From: an uncultured Acidobacteriaceae bacterium
GTDB taxonomy: Bacteria > Acidobacteriota > Terriglobia > Terriglobales > Acidobacteriaceae
Assembly: GCA_963758545.1 (NCBI GenBank)
Contig: CAVWVY010000001.1
Coordinates: forward strand, 110,141-174,140
Direction: 5' to 3'
Length of the DNA stretch: 64,000 nt
Shown in pieces: positions 55,939 to 64,000 of this stretch. How positions within the stretch are numbered: the stretch's first letter is position 1; each line of letters opens with the position of its first letter. Below the pieces are notes generated by a model that saw only the letters and a program-made list of their open reading frames with translations, was not told the origin of the DNA and did no database searches. Made by a program: the position numbers and the translations under genes.

Positions 55939-56667
55939 TCAGGGGTTGCTGAGCAGGTGCGCCAGCCCGAAGGCGGCAGCTGCGGCCAGGCCACCAATTA
56001 CGGCGGTCTGTAACGCGCTGCGCATAGCGCCGGCTCCGGTGACCCGACCCTTGATTCCTCCAAAGAGCAGCAGCGCAAGCAGGGTGATGCCGACCGAGGC
56101 GGGAAGCGCGGTACGGGAGCTGCCCAACATATAGGGGAGCAGGGGAACGAGGCCGCCGAGAACGTAGGATGCGGCGATGGTCGCAGCGCTTCGGAGCGCG
56201 CGGCCGGGGTGCGGCTCTTCCAGGCCAAGCTCGAAGCGCATCATGAAGTCGACCCAGGCAACGGGATTGCGCTCCAAGGCGGCGAGAACCGGCGTAGCCT
56301 CGTGGCGCTGAACCCCGTAGGCATGGAATATCTGATAGATCTCCTCCTGCTCATCCTGGCGACGTTCTACGACTTCGCGTTCTTCCCGCAGGCGCTCGCT
56401 GCCGTAGTGCTCGGCATCGCCCCGCGCGGCGAGATAGCCACCCAATCCCATGGCAATGGCGCCGGCCGCGATCTCCGCCAATCCGGCGAGCACGATGATG
56501 TGCAGAGACTTGACCGCACCGGAGAGACCGGCCGCCAGCGCGAAGGGGACGGTGAGGCCGTCGGACATGCCGATGACGATGTCGCGGACGACGTCCCCGG
56601 CCTGGAAGTGGGTTTCGTGGTGGTGATGGAGGGCAGGTGAAGTGGCCATTGCGGGAGTGTAGTGCAT
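55939..56667 (-). CDS. VIT1/CCC1 family iron/manganese transporter
   Basis: HHHHETHF...DIVIGMSDGLTVPFALAAGLSGA..., acidic cytoplasmic helix region (ERLREEREVVERRQDEQEEI), and C-terminal TM bundle. The start is ATG 56667 or 56649. Confidence 0.85.
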   Translation of the reverse strand: MHYTPAMATSPALHHHHETHFQAGDVVRDIVIGMSDGLTVPFALAAGLSGAVKSLHIIVLAGLAEIAAGAIAMGLGGYLAARGDAEHYGSERLREEREVVERRQDEQEEIYQIFHAYGVQRHEATPVLAALERNPVAWVDFMMRFELGLEEPHPGRALRSAATIAASYVLGGLVPLLPYMLGSSRTALPASVGITLLALLLFGGIKGRVTGAGAMRSALQTAVIGGLAAAAAFGLAHLLSNP

Positions 56668-56891
56668 CCACGAGGGGCCTTGGGGACGAGTCGAACACTT
56701 CCGTGCCGGATTCTGTATGGCTAAGAAAGCCCCTTTGAGAGGTTGGAATCGGGCGACTTTACAAAACTTTACGGCGTCCGACAATCCCTACGGCAACAAC
56801 TGCTTCCACCCGGTGAAGGGGCGCTAGATCTAAGGAACCGTCGCGTCCTTTGGTTCCGTATGCTCGTCTAAGGAGGCGACCTCGTATTTCC

Positions 56892-57575
56892 ATGTTTCAG
56901 AATTTTCATGCGCATCGCTGGAGGCGATGTCTCCGTCTATCAGCAACAGGCGTGTTGCTTCTGTTGGGTGTGGCGATGCTCAGAGCGCAGGATGACAACG
57001 ATCAGGGCTGGGCGCAGTTCTCTCGCGAGAACACACTGCGGGGGACGGTGGTGTCCGCGGCGCCTGCGGGAAAGAACGAGGGCAGCTTTGCCGTGAAAAC
57101 GGACAGCGGGCAGCCGTGGAAGGTGCTCTACGGCGTGAATACACGGTTAATGAAGGGCCGCGACCAGGTTCGCGCAAGCGATATCCAGGCGGGAGACATG
57201 ATCTTTGCGGCGGGAAATGTGGATGCCAAGAAGAAGACCGTCGGCGCTGCGATTCTGATTGACGTTCCTGCCGAAGAGGTACGGAAGGCGCGCGAGGGGC
57301 TGGGGAAGACGTGGGCTGCGGGGAAGATCGTGGCGATTACGGGAACCAGGATTCAGGTGCACCGGCTGGACGGAGTGGACCAGAGCATTGCGGTGGATGA
57401 GAACACGTCTTTTCGAGAGAAGCGCGATTCCGTGACGCTCGCTGACCTGCGGCCCGGCGAAGGTTTTCGTGCCGAAGGCCATGTGCTGAACGGCATGTTC
57501 ACGGCGACGACCTTTACGGTTTTCGATTTGAAGGGACATGAACCATGGCTCGACGCCGGGTCCGAGGGCCGATGA
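56892..57575 (+). CDS. Secreted protein with two beta-rich repeats (DUF5666-like, tentative)
   Basis: Signal peptide LSATGVLLLLGVAMLRAQ. Two modules: LRGTVVSAAPAG..GSFAVKTDSGQPWKVLYGVNTRLMKG...IQAGDMIFAAGNVD and AAGKIVAITGTRIQVHRLDGVDQSIAVDENTSFRE...LRPGEGFRAEGHV. The stop overlaps the next ATG (ATGA at 57572-57575). Confidence 0.5.
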   Translation: MFQNFHAHRWRRCLRLSATGVLLLLGVAMLRAQDDNDQGWAQFSRENTLRGTVVSAAPAGKNEGSFAVKTDSGQPWKVLYGVNTRLMKGRDQVRASDIQAGDMIFAAGNVDAKKKTVGAAILIDVPAEEVRKAREGLGKTWAAGKIVAITGTRIQVHRLDGVDQSIAVDENTSFREKRDSVTLADLRPGEGFRAEGHVLNGMFTATTFTVFDLKGHEPWLDAGSEGR

Positions 57576-60500
57576 AACGCATTGGCTTGCTAGCGCGCTT
57601 TGATGGCGGCGTTGCCGTTCTGCGCGTGGTCGCAGTCTGCGCCCACGATGCAGCAACAATCGCCCGCGGCCACGCCCGTGCCACAGGCTTCAGAGCAAAC
57701 ACTGCCGGCGACATCCGGCCCTCCTGCCCCGGCCGGAGGGACGATTCAAGGAGTGATCAAATCCGGTCAGACGCCGCTGCCGGGCGTCAGCGTGACTGCG
57801 AAGAATACCCTGACCGGCAAACAATATGTAACCGCTACGGACAGCCGGGGCGCGTTCGCGCTGCACATCGATGAGGATGGCCGCTACGTGGTGCGCGCCG
57901 ACTTCGCTGGATTTGCCAGCACTACCAAGGAGGTAGTGCTGCACGGCGGCGCTGCGCCACAGCAGACGGAGTTTTCACTCCTGCTGGCTTCGCGGCAGCA
58001 GCAGATGGAGCAGGCGGAGGCGCGGCGCGGAGCGGGTCAGGGGGCTGGGCAGGGCCCGCGGCAGTATATGGGCGGACAGGGAGCGCAGAATCTGGGACTG
58101 ACTGACCGGGGCGCTGGGCGCCATCGCGGCGGGTGGAGAGACCGGCGGAGCAGCGCTTCCTTCGGCCGCGGGCAACAGCGACGTGAGCACCGAGTCAGTG
58201 ACGGTGAACGGGCAGAGCGGGACGACCAATCCGTTTGCCGGCGTCAACATGGAGCAGATGCGGGACAACCTGGAAAGCATGCAGCAGCAGCAGACGCTGG
58301 CGCAGGTCCCCGGGCAGGGTAGCGGCGGCGCTTTCAGTGGTTTTGGCGGTGGAGGGGGTGGAGGCGGCGGCTTCCGAGGTGGCGGTGGGCGTGGTGGAGG
58401 TGGTTTTGGCGGCGATGGTGGCGGGCGCGGCGGTTTCAACTTCCGGAGGTTCAATCCGAACAAGCCGCATGGCGCGCTGTTCTGGCAGGGCGGCAATAGC
58501 CTGTTCGACGCCAAGGACTTTGCGCTTCGCGGCCAGAATGAGCCGCAGCCGCCGTACAACTCGAATCGTTTCGGTGCGATCCTTGCCGGGTCGCCCTATA
58601 TCCCGCACGTCCTCGTGAACGACACGAAGGATTTTCTGTTTCTCTCCCTCATTGGCAATCATTCGTCGTCGCCGTTCGACAACTACGGCACGGTGCCCGA
58701 TGCGCTGCAGCGCCTGGGAGACTTCTCGGAAGCGGGGCAGCAGACGATCTATGACCCGCAGACGGGGCAGCCATTCGTCGCCAATGTGATTCCGCAGTCG
58801 CGCATCAGTCCGCAGGCTACCGCGCTGCTGAAGTATGTGCCGCTGCCGAACATTCCAACTACCAACCGGCAAAATTACCAGCGGTTGACGTCAGCGACCA
58901 CAAACACGACGACGGTCGGTGCCCGGTACATGCGCAGCTTCGGGGGAGGGAATGCGTTCTCGAATATGCTGCGCCAGTTCGGCGGCGCGAGTTCTCCGGG
59001 GCTGCACCAGAGCATCAATGCCAACTTCAATTACAGCCACACCGGTGCTGACGAACTGAATCTGTTTCCTGATCTGGGGGGCAAGGAGCAGATGCATCAG
59101 TACTCGCTTCAGCTTGGCTATACGATCGGGATAAAGCGGCTGACGAACAACATCACGGCGAACCTGAACCGGAGCAACACCGAGGTCGGGAACCTGTTTA
59201 CCAATAAGCAGGACGTTGCCCAAAGCCTGGGCATCAACGTGTTGAGCGGCGCCGCGGCGAATCCGCTGAATTATGGATTGCCCAACGTTACGCTGGTGCA
59301 GTTCAGCGGATTGACCGAGCAGCAGCCGAACTTCCAGGTGAACCAGACGCTTGGCGTTTCCGATTCGAGCTCATGGCTGCACGGCAAGCACAATATAAAG
59401 TTCGGCGGCGATTACAAGCGCATCGATCTGAGCATGATCGGCCAGGCGAACTCTACCGGGTCATTTATTTTTTCTGGACTTGCGACGGAGCAGCCGGGAT
59501 CGACCGATCACACCGACCAGACAACAGGGCAATGGGCAGCCGAGCACCGGATCGTCGCTGGCCGACCTTCTGCTGGGCTTCCCGCAGCAGACAACGATCC
59601 AGGCGCCGTATCAGAAGGCGTATCTGCGCGCGAACATTTATGACGCGTTTCTGCAGGATGACTGGCGTGTGCGCGCGAATTTCACGGTGCTGGCCGGGCT
59701 GCGCTATGAATACTTCTCGCCTTATTCGGAGAAGGATGGACGATTGGCGACGATCGATCCGAGCGCCGATTTTTCGCAGGTCGCGCCGGTGCTGGCGGGC
59801 GGACTGGGACCGTATACCGGACGCTATCCGAAGACGCTGATCTATCCGGACCGGAATGCCCTCTCGCCGCGGGTTGGCTTTGCCTGGCGCGCATTTCGCA
59901 ATACGGTGGTCCGCGGCGGCTACGGCGTGAACTTTGCCAATGGGCAATACATCAGCTTCATCCAGAACCTCGCCTTCCAGCCGCCGTTTGCGGATGTGCA
60001 GACCAACCAGGTGACGCAGCCTTCTGCCGGAATACCAGCGTGCACGGCTTACTGGTCACTGTGCCTTGCGAATGGCTTCGGCACGCCGCAGGCGGCGGGG
60101 AACTATTCGGTGAACAAGAACTACCGGCTGCCTTACGTGCAGGTATGGAACCTCGACATCCAGCGCACGCTGCCCGGCGGCATCGTTCTGAACGTAGGCT
60201 GGAACGGCGCGAAGGGCACGCGGCTGGACGTGCTGACCGCGCCCGGTCGCAATGCCAACTCATCCTTGAGCGGCGTGTATTACAACTACTCGGACTCGAT
60301 CGGCTTCTCCAACTACAACGCTGGTACGGTGCGGCTGCGCAGGCGGCTACAGAGCGGCGTCGCTATCGGCGCGACGTATACCTATTCGCACGCCATCGAT
60401 GATGCCAGCGCGATCGGCGGCAATGGCGGAACGACTGCCGTCGTCGCGCAGAACTGGCAGAACATTCTGGCCGAGGAGTCGAACTCCTCGTTTGATGTTC

Positions 60501-61048
60501 GCCACAACTTCAAGGGCGATTTTCTGTATGAGTTTCCCTTTGGGCCGGATGCGCACTTTCTGACCAGCGGCAACTGGCTTTCGCACGGACTGGCAAATGT
60601 ATCTTTCTCCGGCACATTTGCGTTTGCTACAGGCGAGCCGTTGACGCCGCGCTTCGTGGCAAACAGTCAGGACGTAGCGCGCGGGAGCCAAGGATCGCTG
60701 AGGCCCAACCGGGTGCCGGGGGCATCGCTGACCGCAGGCGGCGGCAAGCTGGACCGCTGGTTCAACACGGATGCCTTCAGCAGTGTCTTCGCTCCCGGCC
60801 AGGTGTACGGGACGGCGTCGCGCTACTCGATTGCAGGGCCGGGCACACTTACCTTTGACGCATCGCTGTCGAAGACCATACGGCTGGGCGAGATGCGCAA
60901 CCTGGAACTGCGCGGTACTGCCGATAACGTCCTCAATACGGTGCAGTACGCCGGTGTGGACACGAACCTTGGCTCCAACACTTACGGGCAGGTGACGTCG
61001 GCGGCGCAGATGCGCACCTTCGTTCTGATGGCGAGGTTCCGTTACTGA
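57572..61048 (+). pseudogene. Large CarboxypepD_reg outer-membrane beta-barrel (TonB-dependent-receptor-like) with a Gln/Gly/Arg-rich segment in place of a recognisable plug; three or more frame disruptions
   Basis: MKRIGLLA.. (ATG 57572 after GAGGG), then ALPFCAWSQS and TIQGVIKSGQTPLPGVSVTAKNTLTGKQYVTATDSRGAFALHIDEDGRYVVRADFAGF (ORF 57600..58322). STESVTVNGQSG...GGGGGGGGGFRGGGGRGGGGFGGDGGGRGGF...barrel (ORF 58183..59643). LADLLLGFPQQT...DDWRVRANFTVLAGLRYEYF...FVLMARFRY (ORF 59480..61048). Confidence 0.8.
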
Positions 61049-63122
61049 TGCGCACTCTACTGACACTCGCGTTGCTTGGCTCTTTGCTCCCGCTTCATGC
61101 GCAGGACCAGCAGCCGCAGCCTGCGGCGAACAACGCCAATCCCAATAGCGCCAGTTATGTGCTGAAGGTGCAAAGCGACCTGGTGCTGACCAATGTTGTG
61201 GTGCGCGACAAGCACACCGGCGCCGTGGTGCGCGGGCTGACGGCGAAGGACTTCACGGTGCTGGAGAACGGGAAACCGCAGACGATCCAGACCTTCGATT
61301 TCCAGAGCATCGATCAGGCAATGCCGCTGAATGAAGCTACGGTGAGCGGGAAAGAGGGCCAGCTTGTGCTGGGCAAGAACCCGACCGGCGTGGTGACCGG
61401 CGATGCACTGCGCAATCACCGGCTGGTCATCCTGTTCTTCGATCTCACCTCGATGCAGCCGGATGATCTGACGCGATCGATCGAGGCGGCGAAGAACTAC
61501 ATCAACCGGCAGATGAGCCCGGCCGACCTGGTCGCTGCGGTGTCGCTGAGCGATTCGCTCAGCGTCGATCAGGACTTCACGCGCGAACAAGCAGCCGCTG
61601 CTGGCGGCGGTGTCGAGCTACGACAGCACCCAGCAGGCGGGCTTCCAGCCGGGCGCGACCTCGACCACAAACCAGACCGAGGACGCGAGCAGCTTTACGC
61701 CGGACGAGAGCGAGTACAACGACGTCAATACCGATCGCCAGCTTTACGCGATTGCGCAGATCGCGAAGTCGCTGGCGTATATCAACCAGAAGAAGTCGCT
61801 GCTCTACTTCTCCGGCGGCATCCAGCGCGACGGGATCGAGAACGAGGCGTCGCTGCGCTCGGCCACGAATTCCGCGGTGCGGGCGAACCTGTCGATCTAC
61901 AGCGTGGACATGCGCGGGCTGCAGGCGATCTCTCCGCTGGGCGACGCATCGACGGGATCGATCCGCGGCGCGAGTGCGTACAACGGGCAGGCCTATCAGA
62001 ACAACCTCGACGCGAATTTCAATTCGCAGGAGGTGATGTCTACGCTTGCCGCCGATACCGGAGGCAAGTTCTACGGCGACTCGAACGACTTTGCGCCGGC
62101 GTTCCAGGCGATGGAGAACGACACCGCGCAGTATTACGTGATCGGCTTCCGCTCCACCAACCCGGCCCGGGATGGGCGATATCGGCGGCTGTCGATCAAG
62201 GTGAATCGGCAGGATGTGAAGCTTGAGTACCGGCCCGGGTATTACGCGCCGGCAGACTATCAGCACTCCAACCATGAGGACCGCGAGCGGCAGTTGACCG
62301 AGCAACTGGAGAGCGATCTGCCGGCGACGGATGTGCCGGTGTATATGGCGGCGTACTACTTCCAACTGGCGCCGGACCGTTACTACATTCCGGTGTCGCT
62401 GATCGTGCCGGGCTCGCAGATCCCATTTGTGAAAGGCGGCGACCGGGACAAGGCGACGATCGACATCATCGGCGAGGTGAAGGACATGGCCGGCCGCGCC
62501 GAGGGCGACGTGCGGCAGACGGTGAAGCTGGCGATCGACCAGCAGCAGCAGGTGTCGCGGAAGAATGTGCAGTACACGACCAACTTCACGCTGCCGCCGG
62601 GCAAGTATCACGTGAAGTTCGTGGTGCGCGAGAACCTGACCGGCCACATGGGGTCGTTCGAGACGGACATCAATGTGCCGGACCTGACGAAGGCGCCGAT
62701 GAAGATGTCTTCCGTATTGCTTGCAAGTCAGAGGCAGCCTGCGCCGAAGAGCAAGCAGGCGAATCCGCTGATCCAGGACGGGCAATTGTGGGTGCCCAAT
62801 GTCGCGCACGTCTTCCGGCAGGACGGACACCTCTATCTGCTTTACGAGGTGTACAGCCCGGACAACAAGATGCCGGACGCGAAGACGCAGATCGCCGCGC
62901 CTGCTGACTTCGATCGAGTTCCTCTCCGGCTCGACGAAGGTATTTGAGACGCCGCTGGTGGAGGCGACGAAGCTGACCGATCCCGCGCGCAATATGGTGG
63001 CGTTCCAGTTCGATGTGCCGCTGAAAGACATGAAGCCAGGACAGTACACCTGCCAGGTGAACGTGATAGACGACCGCGCGGGTGCGTTCAGCTTTCCGCG
63101 GACGGGCGTGCTGGTGCGGTAA
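61048..63122 (+). pseudogene. VWA domain protein of the VWFA-related acidobacterial type (TIGR03436-like), two frame disruptions (about 61588 and about 62895)
   Basis: Signal peptide MRTLLTLALLGSLLPLHAQ. LVLTNVVVRDKHTGAVVRGLTAKDFTVLENGKPQTI..F, VILFFDLTSMQPDD, LLYFSGG, LSIYSVDMRGL, TGGKFYGDSND, AQYYVIGF.STNPARDGRYRRLSIKVNR.DVKLEYRPGYYA. The ATG shares one base with the upstream stop (TGATG). Confidence 0.8.
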
Positions 63123-63518
63123 TAACGGCCTGCCCCTCCCCCTCCCGCTACCGGAGGATGGTTTGTAACTGCTGCGGTTTCAGTTGCTTAGGCGGCCTTC
63201 CGCGAGTCAAATTCGTCATTCCAAAAATGGTTATCGCTAAATTCTTCTTGATAAAGGACTTAGACTAAGCAAAGACAGCCACGCGGAGCGCGGCTGAGTG
63301 GTCTTTTCTGCAATGATCCTTAATTCAAGTGTAGCGAATTCGATGGATAGAAATGGCAGGTTTTCTGTGGATTGTGAGCCGATGGTGATGGGTATTCTGT
63401 TTCGCGCCGAAGACGATGGAGTTCTGTCAGGAGAATGCCCGTGAAGGGTGGCTTGCCACTGTCCGGTTTCGGACGGCACGCGGGTTGAGCGGACATTCGG
63501 CTTACGGCCGTGCGAGAT

Positions 63519-64000
63519 TTACCCGCGTCTTCGCACGTAGAGGGAGATGAACCGGTCGATCATCGAGTTGATTTGCTCAGGGACCTCCAGCGATAAGAAA
63601 TGTCCTGAGCCGACGGCCTTGGCCGTAACCAGTTGCGGGCATAGTGCTGCAAAGCGGTCCAGATCCGCGAGCCGATGGGCCGCTTCGATATACAGCACCG
63701 GAACCCGACATGCATGGGCGCACTCACTTGCCCGATGCACATCCCAGGGGAACAGACTTTCAAACGTCGACACCATCACGTGCTGTGGCGTTGCGAGAAA
63801 GGTCTGTTCAACATGGGCGCGGCATCTGTCTGTCGGCAGACAGGAGTCAGCCACGATCTTACGCACCTGATCCGCAAAATTCGGGCCGCGTAAGCCCTGC
63901 AGATACTCGGCGAACACCGTCCCTGCCGAGGGAGGGAAGAGCACCCCGGAATCGAGCAGCACCAGGCCGGCTGGAAAATCCGGATAGCGGGCTGCGATTT
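63519..64000 (-). CDS. Alpha/beta hydrolase, C-terminal part (gene continues beyond the window)
   Basis: The reading frame is open to the window edge (…IAARYPDFPAGLVLLDSG…). The C-terminal VGSGHFLSLEVPEQINSMIDRFI is typical of the catalytic-His end of the fold. Confidence 0.6.
   Translation of the reverse strand, partial: IAARYPDFPAGLVLLDSGVLFPPSAGTVFAEYLQGLRGPNFADQVRKIVADSCLPTDRCRAHVEQTFLATPQHVMVSTFESLFPWDVHRASECAHACRVPVLYIEAAHRLADLDRFAALCPQLVTAKAVGSGHFLSLEVPEQINSMIDRFISLYVRRRG

Noticed and set aside
56668-56850. Possible yybP-ykoY manganese riboswitch upstream of the VIT1 transporter
   Set aside because: The minus-strand leader has CAAAGGGGC but not the GGGGAGTAG core or the rest of the four-way junction consensus.
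57975-58559. 194-aa ORF with a long poly-proline/lysine tract
   Set aside because: It is the reverse complement of the Gly/Arg-rich coding tract of the plus-strand barrel gene, so it is an artefact of GGN repeats.
61577-63049. 490-aa minus-strand ORF
   Set aside because: It lies antisense to the VWA gene. The translation is Arg/His/Leu-rich nonsense.
63158-63268. 36-aa Cys-rich ORF (MVCNCCGFSCLGG...)
   Set aside because: The GGAGG abuts the ATG with no spacer, the third-position GC is low, and it lies in terminator-like sequence after the VWA gene.
63418-63470. GCCACTG (B12-box-like) next to GAAGGG
   Set aside because: It lacks the remaining cobalamin riboswitch core, and no downstream gene lies on that strand.

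Overview
High-GC (about 60% by eye, not computed) chromosomal segment that looks like Acidobacteriota/Terriglobia. That placement is an inference from three features: ADOP-type duplicated orphan MacB-like permeases behind a PadR regulator, a VWFA-related acidobacterial-type protein, and giant CarboxypepD_reg outer-membrane barrels.

Content from left to right:
- A decayed S53 peptidase with Ig-like repeats.
- A TetR-controlled RND efflux operon (MFP, RND pump, NodT-type OMF).
- Cystathionine beta-lyase, a DUF2165 membrane protein, and an AraC/SDR divergent pair.
- A cNMP-binding histidine kinase.
- An eight-gene leuA-leuB-leuC-leuD-ilvD-ilvB-ilvN-ilvC supraoperon with a divergent LysR regulator.
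- Two small OM beta-barrels, a 584-aa secreted protein and TonB.
- galE.
- PadR followed by two tandem ADOP permeases and an untracked 57-aa membrane ORF.
- An AT-richer GT2 plus GT-C glycosylation pair that ends at a tRNA-Gly(CCC) 3' half.
- A PP2C phosphatase.
- A PUL-like run: TonB-dependent barrel, Ig-like lipoprotein, GH36 alpha-galactosidase, GNAT.
- egtB-egtD (ergothioneine) and a VIT1/CCC1 transporter.
- A translationally coupled three-gene envelope module: secreted beta-repeat protein, plug-less Gly/Arg-rich barrel, VWA protein.
- A partial alpha/beta hydrolase at the right edge.

I saw no rRNA, intact tRNA, CRISPR array, transposase or integrase.

The main caveat is that about 30 reading-frame disruptions are present. 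Nearly all behave as single extra bases, and they are clustered in a subset of genes.

The best candidates for uncharacterised biology are the coupled envelope module at 56.9-63.1 kb, the ATPase-less PadR/ADOP/microprotein operon, and the glycosylation cassette bounded by a tRNA remnant.
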